From assembly GCA_003971905.1 (NCBI GenBank), contig RSEE01000103.1, forward strand, positions 124,001 to 188,000: a DNA stretch of 64,000 nt. The letters are read 5' to 3'. Of the stretch, positions 24,882-38,110 are shown one piece after another (the first letter of the stretch is position 1; each line of letters opens with the position of its first letter). The translations under genes were made by a program, and so were the position numbers. Source of the stretch: Moniliella sp. 'wahieum'. Taxonomy: Eukaryota. Below the pieces are notes generated by a model. That model was not told the DNA's origin. It saw only the letters and a program-made list of their open reading frames with translations, and searched no databases.

Positions 24882-26312
24882 TCAAGGATCGGCCCCGAGC
24901 AGTTGCAGAATCTCGTCCCAGGACTGAAGAGTTTGCTGGTAAAAAGCAGTCTTGCCAATGACCAGATTGGTAAGCAAGGATTTCAGCTCGCGTTGCTTGG
25001 TGTCGGTAAACAGCTGGTCCTCTTCCGTCACTCGCGCAGCAAAGCAGCTCACCTCCTCATGACTTGTGCTCAATGCATGTCGTACCTCCTCGATCCGTGC
25101 ATCGAAGCGCTGCATCCGCTCTATCCGGCTCGCTCCTCGTCCACCCCACGTAGATGGTCGAGGCGGTCGTGTAGGTAGCCCCTCAGGCCAGCGGAATGCA
25201 CCCGACCCTGCCCCAGGACGCCAGGCGGGCACGCTCAGCGACGATCCCAGAAAGATGAGTGGTGAGGGTATCGCAGATTTTGTTTCTCCTGCTGGGTTTG
25301 AAGGACGCTGAGGTACGCCTGGTTGTAGGCCAGGAGCGAGGCAGAGGGGGGGGTGAAGTCGGTGGCCATGCTCTGCACACTCAAAACGCGTCCCATGTGG
25401 GCTAGACTTTGCCCGACCGGATAGAGTAGGGTCAAGTCGGGTTCGAGCTGAGCTAGAATACCTAGTGAGGATGCCAGTTCCTCGTACTCTTTCCTAGGGG
25501 GGGGTGTGGGCAGTCTCAGTCTCAAGGGCCAGGCTGAGGGAGGTGAAGTTGTCACGAAATTCGGTAAGACCGGTCATGAGGGGCGTGGAAAGGGATTGTT
25601 GCGTCCCTTGGGAGACAAGGCGGTGAGCATCCTGTCCCACGTCTCGCCTAATCTGGGCGACTGATTGGGCGAGACGAGTTTCGGCGAGGCGGCCAGATGG
25701 GCATGCATATCCACTGCCTGGCATGGGGTAGTACGGGTCAGATCATGTCCAGCCAGAGCAGCGTGGGGAGATGGGGGAGGTAACGCACCCATTCTCTCGA
25801 GAAGAGAAAGGCACATAGCACGGTGCTCCTTCGTAGCACCGGGTGGGCGCACACCCTCTCAAGAAAAGTTTGGAGATCAGCAGTGCGGCGTAGCAGAAAT
25901 TCCTTGCCAAACCGGTCCCCGCCAGGTGGGTCGCCAATCGGTGTCGGTCAGGCAGCGGGGGGATCACACATCCCTGCCACTCGCGATGCAAGGCGTCATG
26001 GAGAAAGGCAAAGTCGCTGTAACGTCCTGAGCTCGCACTGGGCAGCCGGGAAATGGGGCAGGTCGGTGCGGGTGCGGACAGGTAGGAGACATACACCCTA
26101 CCGCCTTGCTTTTGGGGAGTACCATCTCCCTTTGCTCTTCGCTCGAGCTGGGCGAAAGAAGGTGTCGCGGCTAACAAGGGCAGGGGTGATGGGCAGGCCG
26201 ACGCCTTCCTTGTGCGGGTTGAGCACTTGGACGCGGACGTACCCCGTCTGCTGGGTAGGCATGACAACATGAGGTGGTGGGGGAAAAGCATCTCGGGATT
26301 CTGGGTGGTCAT
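24882..26312 (-). CDS. PX-BAR sorting nexin, Snx4/Atg24-like (divergent, frameshifted)
   Basis: PX: VQVLNPHKE..YVSYL..RYSDFAFLHDALHREWQGCVIPPLPDRHRL..EFLLRRTADLQTFLERVCAHPVLRRSTVLCAFL. Helical BAR-like end RIERMQRFDARIEEV..KQRELKSLL..AFYQQTLQSWDEI. Confidence 0.75.
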
Positions 26313-26964
26313 GTGCCAGTGCAGGCTGACGCGCTGACGCGCCGACAGCGCCGACACATGGCAGTGACTAGTGACTAGTGACTATTAGTAACTGGCAGGA
26401 GAGAAGACGGAAATAAGTGAGACGGCGTGGGGCATGTGTGCGATGGTCGATGGCCTGCAATGGCATATGTACAGTGTGTTAGATGAGGTTGAGTTTATCG
26501 CAGAGTATGAGCATGGCCTGGCCTGGCCTGGCAGGGCAGGGAAAGCCACGCGGCGTTGGGTGTTCGAATGTGGCTGTGGGTGCTGGTGAGGCGGTGACGG
26601 TGAGGCTGGTGCGGTCAAATAGTTCACTGTGTCTGAGGAGCGAGCTAGTGAGCTAGTGAGGAGGCCTGAGTATGAGGCGGTGGGGCTGAGGCTGAAGCTT
26701 GGCGGCAGGCAGAACTGAGCGGGGCGCAGAAACTGGGTAGGGCTGGGCAAAACTGGGCAGGATCGGAAGAGGCGCCACCTGGTAACTAGTAAGCAGAAAC
26801 TAGGTCTATGGCGCGCGAAAAAGCACAGCGCGTTATTGTTCGGCGGCAGCAGAGCGCAGAGGGAAAACACAGGCGGGTTGTTGCCTGTTGTCGAAGTGTG
26901 CAAGGAATAAGGACCACAGGGCGGTTATCGAGAGACAATCATTAATCAGACCCCACACCGAATA

Positions 26965-27300
26965 TTGCCGGTGATCCCATTACCAGCAAAAAGGACTTGG
27001 CGACCAAGCCTCCGCGGAGCTGGACAGGGGCCTATGGCCAGGTCATCCGTGCGGCCACTGGTCCCAGGCGGCGGTTGCGGATGGAAACCCGGTTGTTCGC
27101 TTACTGCTTGCTACGTACCATGTCGACAAAAAACGGGACGCTGCCTCCATCGACCCCACCCTGGTTCCAAATTGGACGGCAACGGCCTCAGGGCCTCAGA
27201 GGCCTCAAGTCAGCGCTCAGGCTCCGCTCATCGATCTCATCGATCATCGATCGTCGTTTTCAACACGTTGCGTACTGGGTGCGAGCAGATGCCTGTCCAG
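26965..27300 (+). mobile_element. Highly degenerate CRE-like RT fragment (domains 1-3)
   Basis: VIRAATG..TRLFAYCLLR (~IRPIAVGE..RL...LR), FQIGRQRPQGLRGLKSALR (~QFGVGxxGGxExxxxAxR), VVFNTLR (~NAFNTxxR). Confidence 0.35.
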
Positions 27301-28464
27301 CGCCTGCCACCGCCGCCTCCACTACAAAACAAGACCACTGCTGCGCCACAATCTGAACTGCGTGTCAGGCGCCGCATCTCAGTCAATGATCGGAGGCCCC
27401 GAGCCTGAGGCCACTGTGCCAGATACCAAGATCTCAGATCTCGTCAGTCACACGGCCTGCCCTTTTTGAAGCTAGCGTTCTGCAAACTATTAAACTCAAT
27501 ATTCAATATTCAATCTTCATCGCGTCCTCGATGAAATCGATGATCGATTACTGGGGTCGGTCACCGGTCGCCGAGATCCCTCTGGCGCCACATCCCCCAA
27601 CAGTAGAGGGGACTGAGTCTCAGTACGGTGACCGACTGACTGCCGCTCACTGAGTACTGGCGGTACTGACGTCTTTTTGACCGTGTGCAGGAGGAGTGGG
27701 GGAGGAGCAATGCTGCTTATATAATTAGCACGCAACACACGCCGGATGAGCGTCGGTCGGTTTAGGCGCAATGCTTTTTTGTCCCATCATCAGTGTAATG
27801 GTCGGGCGATACGAGCGAGGCCAAGTACCAAGGGAAGCAAAGGATGCACTGGTAGGGGAAAGGAGAACAGGATCGGCGAAGAGCAGTGAGAAGATTTACC
27901 TGATTAGCTAAGAGGACCGTGACAATCAGCCTTCAGTAAAAGCTCTGTAAATGAAGATACCATAGTTCTACAGGAAAGAGTTATCGACCCTCGGTTACTT
28001 ATAGTCTTTGTCCACCCTTGTCCCAATTTGCCAAGGTCGTTCTTGTCTCTTCGCTTTCTTCACCTTTACCTCTATGACGAAAGTTTGGTGTCGCGTCTCG
28101 CACCACTTTCCGGTGGCACTTGGGCATTACCCTTGTGCGTTTCCCACAGTTACCATCTTCCCGAAAGAGTCAACAGTCTGTCGACCGGTAAAAGTGGCAA
28201 CGACAACGACAACGTTGTCTTACGCCTGTCCTCTCCTTTTTGGCCTCTTTACAGGATCTTTTCCAACCCCCGTACTCTCTGCTCCGTGTCCCGAGATTGC
28301 CCGGGTTGCAACCTTTTTTGCCCCGAGAGACAGCTAGCCTTGTGTATTTGAAGAATCTCTTCTTCGCTTCTATACATGATCATCGGGGGCTCAGTGTTCA
28401 CCCCAGCTCGGCTCTGCCACAAGAAGTGAAACCGCGGACATACTTCCATGCGATAGCCCCGATT

Positions 28465-29230
28465 TAAGCTCTGAAATCGGGGTTAGGGAGGCGAAGGGCA
28501 GGGAAGGGTGTGAAAGGGAACACTGCCCATCGTACAAGCGTTCGAGCAGTTGGAGGCCAACTTCTGCAGAGACTGACCCTGCAGCTATTTTGGTCAACTG
28601 GCGGCGCACGATCGTGGCCATTTCTGCGCATCAAGACCATGCTAGGCGGGGGGATCAAGGCCTGGCTATAGACGGGGCGGCCTGTGTGCGCTTCAGGCGG
28701 CGACCTAGCGTGGTACGCCATTTTCCGCAGAGTAGAGACCCGATATGTCATCTCCTTCAGTGGAGTGTTCATCTCCGAGACCCGAAGCAACTGTCATGGC
28801 GGGGCAGTTCCGTCGAACCAGACCTGATCACAACGTCACGGTATTTGTATGATAGGCAAGGCCGCGCGGACCTGTGGTGACTTGAACTCATTTCCTTCCT
28901 CCTCCTCCCCTTCCGACTTTGACTAGACTCCCCCGCTGTCATGAACGCACCACGGCCTATGCAAGAGTATGGGCTGTACGGTTCTCCCTGCAGAACCTGG
29001 CAATGCATCATACTGGCAGCTAAGAGGCTTGGCATCTTTCTCCCATTTCGACTCTCTTTGGTTCCAAGCTACGCCTCCAACTAGCTCACGCTAGAATGAG
29101 AGAGCATCAATGCCTAGACAAGGATTCAGGTAGGGCACGGCCCTGTACCTACACATACTGACCCTATGGCTTCCCGGTCGAGTTGGAGGCTTCCGATACG
29201 GTTGACTGAACTACGTATGTTCGGTATAGG
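28465..29230 (+). mobile_element. Degenerate APE-like (EEP family) endonuclease, probably a LINE ORF2 N-terminus
   Basis: Ordered, plausibly spaced motifs: *-N-R-G-* (~WNxRGL, ~28470), LQ(E)T (~28564), QGLAI (~28657), SVHL (~28765), CGDLNS (28873-28890). Confidence 0.45.
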
Positions 29231-30461
29231 CGGGTATCGCTTGTCCACACGATCTGGAGGCCCCAATTAGGTTGCCACATCGGGCACACGGAAAAGCAAG
29301 AGCGTCGGTTGTGGAGGGAGATGGACTCAAGAATAAGTGGTCCTCAAAATCTCTTTCTCCATCCTTCAACATGTTCTTGAAAATATCTTATCCTTACTCA
29401 CTTCAAGAGTTTGTTTGACTCGGGGGAGTTGTCGTGTTCCTTGGAGGTCGTCGAATTGTGCCCATACACACCGGCGCTTACCACCGCATGAGCGCTGGGT
29501 TGACTATTAGGTTGAAACCTGATGTATTGGCGAATGGCGGGGCGTAATGTGGCTACCGCTAGCCGGGGCCTCTTGTGCTATCTCTCCTCTTAAATATCTC
29601 CCCTTCCCCTGGAGAGGATTGTTTTCCCTTTTTTTTTCTATCCTTTCTTTTCACCCTTTCCGTCGTCGTTTGCTGGTGGGGAGTTGTTGTCGGGCCAAAG
29701 CTCCTTGACAGCGGCCTGGTGCCATTGGGGCTATAGGACTATGCTTACATGGAGTTTGCGGCTGGACAGAAAGTTTTGGAAAACAAACGAGACGGACAGA
29801 CGCTCGCGTTCTTGACTCTCTTCCTTCACTTTTTCGTCTTATCGCCCTAGACTCTTCCCTTCTTCCCTTAGTCCTTTATTAGCGGCTAACGCTTGTGGCT
29901 TCAATCCTCAAAAGATTGTCCGTTCCCTCATTCTGCCTTAATTGTCTCGTCGCGGGCCCTGGGCTTTAGACCCCCCCCCTATACAACACACTGTGGGATC
30001 TGGGCGGCCTGATCTCGAGGCCGTGGGTGACACCGGTGACACCACGTGACCCGCCTGTGATTAGATTAATCGATTATTCGATCGATCCTTGCGCCATGGA
30101 CACTGCTCTCCCTCTCCGCTGCCCAGGGGCCGGCACAGGGGCAGTGTCAACCACAATTCCGCACGCAAAATTGTCCTTTCTTTTTTTTTCTTTCGCGAGG
30201 CCAACCATTCTTATCGCAGTTCCTCTTATCTCCTTCCATCGGTCGTCCTGGGTCCAAAAGGAGGTCCGCCTGTGTGTGTGTGCGTCCGTCCGTCTGCCGT
30301 TTGTCCTCATCACCGCTCCTCCATATCCGCACTCCTCCACCACTAGCCAAGCAACCTCTTGTGAGAAGGCTCACAGATTCGAATCCTCCCCCCCCCTTCC
30401 TCACCGCCCCCTACATCTCCCGGGCGTCGCAAGAGCAAACACGGTGAACGTGGCACCCAGC

Positions 30462-31833
30462 ATGACTTCTCCCACTGCCACTCCCCGGCCGCCAATCAAT
30501 TTTGGCCCACCCAGTCCTGAGGCCAGCACTTCGCACTCATCCCCCCACCTCACAGATAAGAAGGACGACTCGACCCCCTTGACCGACCCGACCCCCTTGA
30601 CCGACCCGACCCCCTTGACCGACCCGACCGGGTCTGACAAGCCCAAGCCTCGAGGGAAGGCAAGGAAGGTTCCTTGCTCTGTACCAACTGTGGCACGGAT
30701 ACCACCCCGCTCTGGCGTCGAGATGAAGAAGGCAATCCCAACTGCAATGCCGGTGTTCTACAAATTGCACGGTACCCAGCGCCCAATCAATTTGAAGCGC
30801 TCTGTTATCAAAAGGAGGAAACGTAACCCCGCCCCTGCCCCGGCGCCTGCCCCTTCTGCCCGTGTTGCATCTACCGCACTTCCTGAACCTGGCGCACCTA
30901 CTGCCGTGCCTCCCTTCCCGTCGAATTCCCAAGAAGCAAGCCCTTCTACTTCCGCCCTGGCTACGGAGCAGTCTACCCCTCTTTCGCCGAACGGAAGTTT
31001 CCCGAGTGAAAGTGGCAGTGAGAGTCCGCTGGCATTCCAAAGGCCTCACAGCTCTGTGCCTGTATCCCCCGATCCAGATCGTGAGCGAGAGGCAGCTATG
31101 GTGTTGATGGAGGTGGGGGCACGGCGCCCTCCACCCCCGCCCGGGTACGAGAGGTTTGCATACCCCCCGCGGATGGGGTACGGGCAGGAGGAGCGAGTGA
31201 GCAAGCGCCCGCGCCCGAACGAAGCCAATGCCGCCGCTATGGCTGCTGCTGACGCTCTCGTTCTCCGTCTGGGACGGCCAAGTTCTACCCTTCGCTCTAC
31301 TTCCCAGCCAACACACAAAGGGCGGTATCCTGATCCCAGGCGTGAATGGGCCTCCCATGAGCATAGCCCCCAAGTTAGCCTCCAGACCTTACCAGAAACC
31401 TCTGGGACCTTGTCCCATCCACAAGGTCCCCAGAGCACAGATTGGATAAGCACGCTCCAGTCGGCATGCGACACGCTGCGCACTGAGAAGGTACGGATGG
31501 ATGAGATGCTACAGCAATATGCAACGTTGTTAACGGATGCACGCTCTGCCCTCTTGCCGTCTCACCCCCCTCCCACCTCCGCCGGGCCCATTCACAAGTT
31601 CCCACCTCTTCCACCCGGACATTGCCTTCACTGGAGGGCGGATCGATGCGCGTCGCCTCGCCCCGTGTGCCCCTCCTTCCCGCTTCGCCTATGGTTTTGG
31701 CACCCGTCTCCCTGTTCGGGTCTCAAGATTAGTTAGCCCAGAGTGGTCTGAACCTGCCCACCGCGGCCGTCCCCGAGGCAGATCAGGCACCAACGAGCTC
31801 GTCTCCCTCGATGAGACCATGTCGCTGTCCTGA
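30462..31833 (+). CDS. Single-finger GATA transcription factor with a C-terminal coiled coil
   Basis: From ~30680 [24 protein letters not shown], then (frame change) [23 protein letters not shown]. Helix [26 protein letters not shown]. End is 31736 or 31833. Confidence 0.85.
30570..30629 (+). repeat. 18-bp coding tandem repeat x3 encoding (TPLTDP)3
   Basis: (gacccccttgaccgaccc)x3 read directly. Confidence 0.9.
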
Positions 31834-31917
31834 TCTTAAAAATGATATCGCATCTACTATCTAGAGCGACCCTCGGCCATGTAGAAGTACCAATAGAAGG
31901 AGACGAAAATTGCCATT

Positions 31918-33051
31918 TCACGCCTGAAGGGCTTTGTTCACCAACTCATCCAGGTCAACCCCTTGGGTGGTCTGGAAAACAGTGCGCAAGTACGTCCAAA
32001 GCTCAGCTTTGTTTGCGCCAGTCTTGTCAGCGGCCATGGGACTCTTCCAGCCCTTTTGGGCCACAGGAACGAGGTAGGCGGCGTTAAGGTGCTTGAGGTC
32101 AACCTCAGGAGAGGTGGCAGCATACAGCTGGGTGTAGGCGCCCTTATTGGGTGCAGTCATGATCCAGCCCAGAACGCTATCCATGAATGACGGCCCACTC
32201 AAGCGCAAAAGGGCTTGTACAGGTCTGTCGCAATTACACCTGGTGAAGCGAAAGACTGGACAGGTGCGCAACATTGTGCAGCTTGTCAGCAAACAGGTCA
32301 CTGAGCCAAATATTGCCCGTCTTTGACAGTCCGTATCGCGCCCATGTTCCCGCCAGTTCGGGAAGCTTGCCCGACCACCCATTGACTCCGTCCACGGTAG
32401 GGTGGGCGCCCGTCCCCAATCCCCAAGGGGTTCCCCAATGACCAATACTGGAGACTTGCACCATCCTTACACTCCCCATCTCGCCCTGCTCCGGCTTGGA
32501 ATGAACATATTCCGATCGCCGTGCCGTGCGGACAAGCAGGGGGAGCAGCAGCGCTTGAAAGTACGCGTGGCCCACCACATTGGTTCCTGAGCCCAGTTAG
32601 TTTTCTTGCGCCAAACGACGATCGCAAAGCACGGAATGGGGAGGAGACGAGGAGGACAGGGAGGACGAGGGACGTACCAAACTGGATCTCAATGCCTTGC
32701 TTGGTCAGGGCGTTGGGCACCGCCATAATCCCTGCATTGGCGACAAGAATGTCCAAGCGTCCTTCGGCCCCAGCTTGGTCCTTGAGGACTTGTTCGGCGG
32801 CACGCTTGACACTGTCCAAGTCCGCAAGGTCGAGCAGGAGTAGCTGCACGCGTTCCGCCGCCTCGGTACCCACATTGTGGGCGAGCTTGGCCAGGGCCGC
32901 CTCGCCGCGTTGCGCACTGCGCGAGCACAGGTACACCCGCGCGCCGTGCGCCGCGAGCTGCGCTACAGTTTCCCACCCAATGCCAGTGTTTCCCTGTAAC
33001 CAGGGCAACGCGGCCGGTGAGGTCTGGAATGTCGTTGGGGCTGAAGGGCAT
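31918..33051 (-). CDS. Short-chain dehydrogenase/reductase (retinol-DH/WWOX-like)
   Basis: MPFSPNDIPDLTGRVALVTG(G)NTGIGWET (TGxxxGxG), LDLADLDSV, LDILVANAGIM, FG|TNVVGH across intron 32587-32677, VQVSSIGH, YGLSK (YxxxK), GAYTQLYAATSPEV. Confidence 0.92.
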
Positions 33052-34546
33052 GGGCGATGGGGTGGGGGTGGGGGTAAGGGTAAGGGGACAAGCGGGGCAG
33101 AGGCGCCGAGGTGTATCTTATCCGCTTGGAACTTGCGACTGCCGCTGTGAAAACGGGGCGGTTGGATCCAGACGCAGGGACCCGGGTGACCGTCGCCGGT
33201 ATAACGCGTCTGGCCCGGGCAGGCCACTCGGCCTGCCTCGGCCTGGAAGCAGCGGGCAACCGACCGGCAGAAGGATCCCATCGCAGCCAGGAATGTCCCG
33301 CGCACGCGCCATCTGCATCACCGATCTTCGACCATGGTCAGCCATCGATCACCTGCTGCATGCGTGACGCTGGGATCTGCACGGCTGAGACATACGACAT
33401 TGGCCCTGCTTACCTCAGCAACAACAGATGGCACGTGCTGCTTTCCGAATCTCATTTCCCCACGCGGGGAAGATGGTCTGGTCGATGATCGATGTCGTCG
33501 AGGGTTGTTCGACAAGACAAAGGCAACCATTGCGCGCCTTGCTCTTCGCATGGGCACCACATCCCAACGCAGCCTTTTTTGCGCCTCCCAACTTTCTGGA
33601 GCTGTCCTTGCGTCCTTCATCTTCTTCCCGACCGTCGCCGTGCACTCGTTATCTTCCTTTCTTGCGTTGTGTTTACGCTGAGACCGAGTATTGGCCCTGG
33701 TCATGACCACAGGGTCCTATGGGCCAGCCACCTCCAAGGTCATCCTGACCATCTTACTCATGCGGGCACCACGCCAGTATCCCTATCCTCTGGTCTTGTG
33801 CCACTCTTCCTTGTTCTCCTTGTTCTCCTTGTTCTTTTGATCTCCTCAGTCGGGGTCCAACGTTCAACCCAACTCTGTTGTCTCTCCACCACTGCCTAAC
33901 TGCAGGACATTGCTAGGTAATCAGGATCATTAGGCTCCTCTATTAGACCGTGGACAACCGGTGTACATCGTTGTTTTAAAACGGAGAGAGTGTCTCTTTT
34001 CGACCTGTGCGACCTGCATAGTTGAGTCCCTTTCGTACGGTAAAAAACAGGTCAAAGAACCCGTGTTTTGGGCGGTTCGGATCCTAATTTTGTCTAATTT
34101 TGAACCTTGGTCGTGGACGGAAATGAGGAGTGAGCTCCGAGTTCAATGTGGTTCTCCGCAGGTTATCAGGGCATTGGTTTCCTGATATGTACGTCTCTCC
34201 TTTTCTGCGAGGCTCTCTCCCTAATGCGTTTATCATACCTGGTTGAAGAGAGGAGGAGAACCTGCCCTTCCCTGGAGCTCATTTTGTTTTGTTGGCCGTT
34301 TTCTTTCTGGCTCAGTGGGAGAAGCCTTTCCTGCTTGGTCTCCGCATTGAACCCCTTTTCTGAGGGCCTCAGACTGTTTTGTTTGTCCCCTTATCCCTTT
34401 CTTCGTTGTATTGTCTATTCATCGTCATCGATCTATCTATCTTATATCCATTCTGAATTCATAGTAGCATTTGCAGGACTTCAATAGTAAATTAAGGGGC
34501 AACACATCGTTGTGCCTACCCTGAGGCTATCTCAACCGGCGGGCGG

Positions 34547-34581
34547 TATATGCTGGCTATATGCTGGCTATATGCTGGCTG
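34547..34581. repeat. 11-bp tandem repeat (TATATGCTGGC)x3
   Basis: Read directly. Confidence 0.85.
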
Positions 34582-35439
34582 CATGTTCGTGTCCCAGAAG
34601 AGACGAACATTGGCTGGCGGGTCTTCAACAGAGTCTTTATCCCCTCCTGTCATCTCCCTGCTCCCAAGCAGGCTTCGGTTCGTACTTCAAAGGAAGGAAG
34701 AGGGGCGTGTCAAGGATACAAGCCCTTCTCAATGTTTGGTCGGCGCAGGTTAAGGTAGGCGTCTAACCTCGAGAGCCGAAGGAGACAAGGGCACACTTAT
34801 CGACGGTTTGATCATGGAATGGGATAGGGCCTCCAATGGCCGGCAAGCTTGGCTGAACCTACGTGTTTTATTTGCCTTTCTCGCCTCAACAATTCTATCC
34901 TCACAGGCGCGCAAGTGGGGTCTGGCCCAACGATGCCACCAGTAAGCCCCCCTATATATTAGGTAGGTCAGTGGAAACACCGGCGACGCCATCTTCATCC
35001 CCGATACAGTAGAGATGAGAAAGCCGTCTAGCAAGGCGAAAGGACACGTCTCAGTGAAGGGGTGCGCGATGTTACGGGTCTCCCTGTTTCAATCCGACCC
35101 TTAGTCCCGATGATTTGCCCAACAGTTTCAAGAGAGCTTCGCTCCCAAGCCCCACCAAGTTCGATAGTGAAGTGCTCGAACCATATCATGTGGTTCATGT
35201 TGCCACCCGCCTCGTATCCTTAGCGAGTCCACTCTTCCAACCTCAAAGGGATTGTACGAAAAAATCGGCGGGTTGGCCCCTAGCGGGGCTCGCATAGCAA
35301 TGGGAGGGCGTTGCCATCGCGGCCGTGGCGTGGTAACTTTCTCTATAGTACGGGCCGTAAAGTCTCACCTGTCGGACGATGCCGGTTCCCCATTTCCTTC
35401 TTGTTCCCCTTTTCTCTTCTGCATATCATTGTTTCTGTT

Positions 35440-38110
35440 TCACTTACTTTCTGTATGCTTCTCTAGACCGTGGGGTTTCTCCCACGGACGGTCCACTATC
35501 TTCAATCAACCAGGGCCCCGGAGGCAACTGCTTGCACTCCTAGCTGGATTTTGTCAGGAAACGTGAGATGAACAAAGGGGAGCAGATGGATTGGACACAT
35601 CTATGGACCGACTAGAGGTATATGTGCCTCATGAAAGTAGGGGCACAGCTGAGAGAAGGACACAAAATATCCTAACTGATATGAATCACGTCATAGTGCT
35701 CACATGGGCATAGTGAGCCAAGCATAGCACGAGTCTGAAATGCGTGAACCACAGCGCGTCCTATCTTCAGCCTCCTATGGCATTTGGATACTCTTAAAGT
35801 CCGGCCCTAGCTTGTCCCCTTACTTGCATCCAGATCCCGAGAGAGTTCACAGTTGCAAGACGTTATAAAGGAGAGATGTCCAATTTTCTTGTCTGTCGAT
35901 ATTGGTTAGTCAACTAGCGGGGATAAAACCAACATACCCCCAACATGCCCCTCCTAATGGGAAGGCAAGCCAGGTTCCCCGATTTCGGCATGCTCTTCGC
36001 TGTTGGGTCTGGAAGCAAAGGAGGGGTACATTTGAACCTATTGACACATAGGCGGTCAAGGAAATGCGCGCATTGGCAAGCAGGAGAGAGGGGCATCCCA
36101 AGAAGGTGGATGAGGAGGGAGGGGAAGGAGATGGAGGCGTGCCACCTTTCATACACCCCATCGACAGTGGAGGGGCTTCGAAGTTGGGGGAGTGAGCAGG
36201 ACGAACAGGCGCGTATTAACAGCTGTTTTCCATGTGAAAATGTTATAGACATTATACACTGCATTGAGACTTTATATGAGACAGGCCAGAGTGGGTTATA
36301 GTGATGGTCGATCTTGGGCCTGGGGTAAATGATTTTTTTGGTCTCATGCATCGAACTGCTGTGGGGGGACGCGGGGGTTTTCTGAAACTCAGGCATTAGT
36401 CCGCTGTCATATGCATCTGTCAAACGCACTAGGGGACCATCACTGGGAGCACAGCTCTAGCCACCACTACATTTGTACTTCCAATGAAAATACAGCTGTC
36501 ACATCCTGACATATCGATAGTGCCACTACAAAACATAGGGAGCGATGTTGATGTGCTAAAAGGTTCTGTACGATGTGGCTTCCGGAGTAAACTGAAAGAG
36601 ACTGAAAGACACACAAACCCACTCTGTGCCGGCACTCACTGGTACTCTTCCGTACCACAACCAGAGGGTTCAGCGACAATGGAAATGTGAGTGGATCTGA
36701 GATCTGAACTGAACTCAACAGGGAAACTAGAAAACCCTGAGCTGCATAGCCTGACCCTGTGCGTGTGGGCACTAAGATTCTCACCCTCTTGTGTGCCGGC
36801 GGCCCTGGGGTGAGGGGAGAGAAACTTGGTAGGCTCTTCTGGGGAGTATAGTATCTGAGATATGATTGACCTGTACATTTAGTTTTACAACGATTTGATG
36901 CTTGGCACATCTACGCCCGAGATTCACTTCTCGTGGTCCAAACATTGAGTCTTATTCGCTCTACTTACATCTATCAGGCCGGGCCGTTGAGGTCCATACA
37001 AAGTCCGATTACAAATATTTGGTGGAAGAGGGGAAAGGCTGAGACGGGATAAGCTTCAAACTTATAGTTCTGATTAATTCAAGTCCTTGATTCATCTCAA
37101 AAGGACAGGTGTGAGTAGCTACCCTGCATCTGTTCTTCGGGTACAGCAAGGTAGCTTTACCTCCGACGCTCCACGCATCATATGTACCACCATGGCATTA
37201 ACTGGAGGATGGTGCAGTTCGTGCTGCCTCATTGGTCGTAAACAAATTGGCAGTTTCCTGGCAAAACATTTATGCTGTCCCATTTGCCTCTCCTATCGAA
37301 CTCAGCACGATATTTACTCGAGTTATCTGACAGATCTCACTCGTAGCTCCTGGACCCACTACTGCCGAGATCTCAAGACCTTATTATGCAGAACCCTTCT
37401 GATTCGGCGCTTAATTTCGTATCAGGAATACGCCATGCGGCCGATACCAGGATCATGTGCACATGCTCCACCCAATAGACGCAACATATGAATAGGGCAG
37501 AGACTTAAACTCACGGAACCATAATCGATCATTGATTCCTATTGATTTATCCAGAATGAGCCTCACTTAAAGGGAAAACCTGCCGCATCCCAATGTTTAT
37601 CGGAAAATAATAAAGCTTTTGCTTGGTTTTGCTGAAGTATAGAGGAAGACTTAAGGGGGTTGTGCGGTAAGCTGCTTCGTAAATACACCGCTTTCAGTAA
37701 TAATACAAGCAGTGCAAATGTGAGACTCTGCAGGCATTCCACATTCACAGTAAAGGTGAAAAATCTAAACTTTGATATCGGTTGGACGTGCGATGGAATG
37801 TAACCTAAATGCTTTATGCCGCCGAGTTCTCTTTTGCCTTTTATTTGGCGGGGGTCATCAGGAGTGGCCAACTTGTCCGTATTCAGATCTGGAACTGCTC
37901 CCTATTTTCCGTTTTCTGTCCAAGAACCACGTACAATAATAACATTCTGCATATCTCGGTTAACTGGGGCTCGGGGCGGCAATCGCCTCTATCCCATGTT
38001 GACATGGCTCTGCCTTCCGAGTTGATCGCACTTGAGTCCGATTTGTTTTTCGAGGCTGATCCCCCTCTCTTGTCGCATCCTTACTACGCTTTATCCTACC
38101 TCCTGTAGTT
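35440..38110 (+). mobile_element. Decayed near-full LINE ORF2 (APE endonuclease + RT + thumb)
   Basis: Collinear remnants: FCQET* (35555-35566, ~LQETW), PLLMGRQAR (~MGDFNAR), PSTVE (~STIDY), QAG..RS (~36974), DKLQTYSS (~DxxKAYDS), CPICLS..YLTDL (~QGxPLSP..YxxDL), L-YAE (~YADD, ~37385), MLYAAE and PRTTYN (thumb). Confidence 0.55.

Noticed and set aside
28270..28340. Cys-rich LCSVSRDCPGCNLFC as a gag zinc knuckle upstream of the APE relic
   Set aside because: Spacing does not fit CX2CX4HX4C.
33318..33900. Charged minus-strand ORFs upstream of the SDR gene
   Set aside because: No coherent frame or domain; may be a decayed fragment but I cannot assign it.
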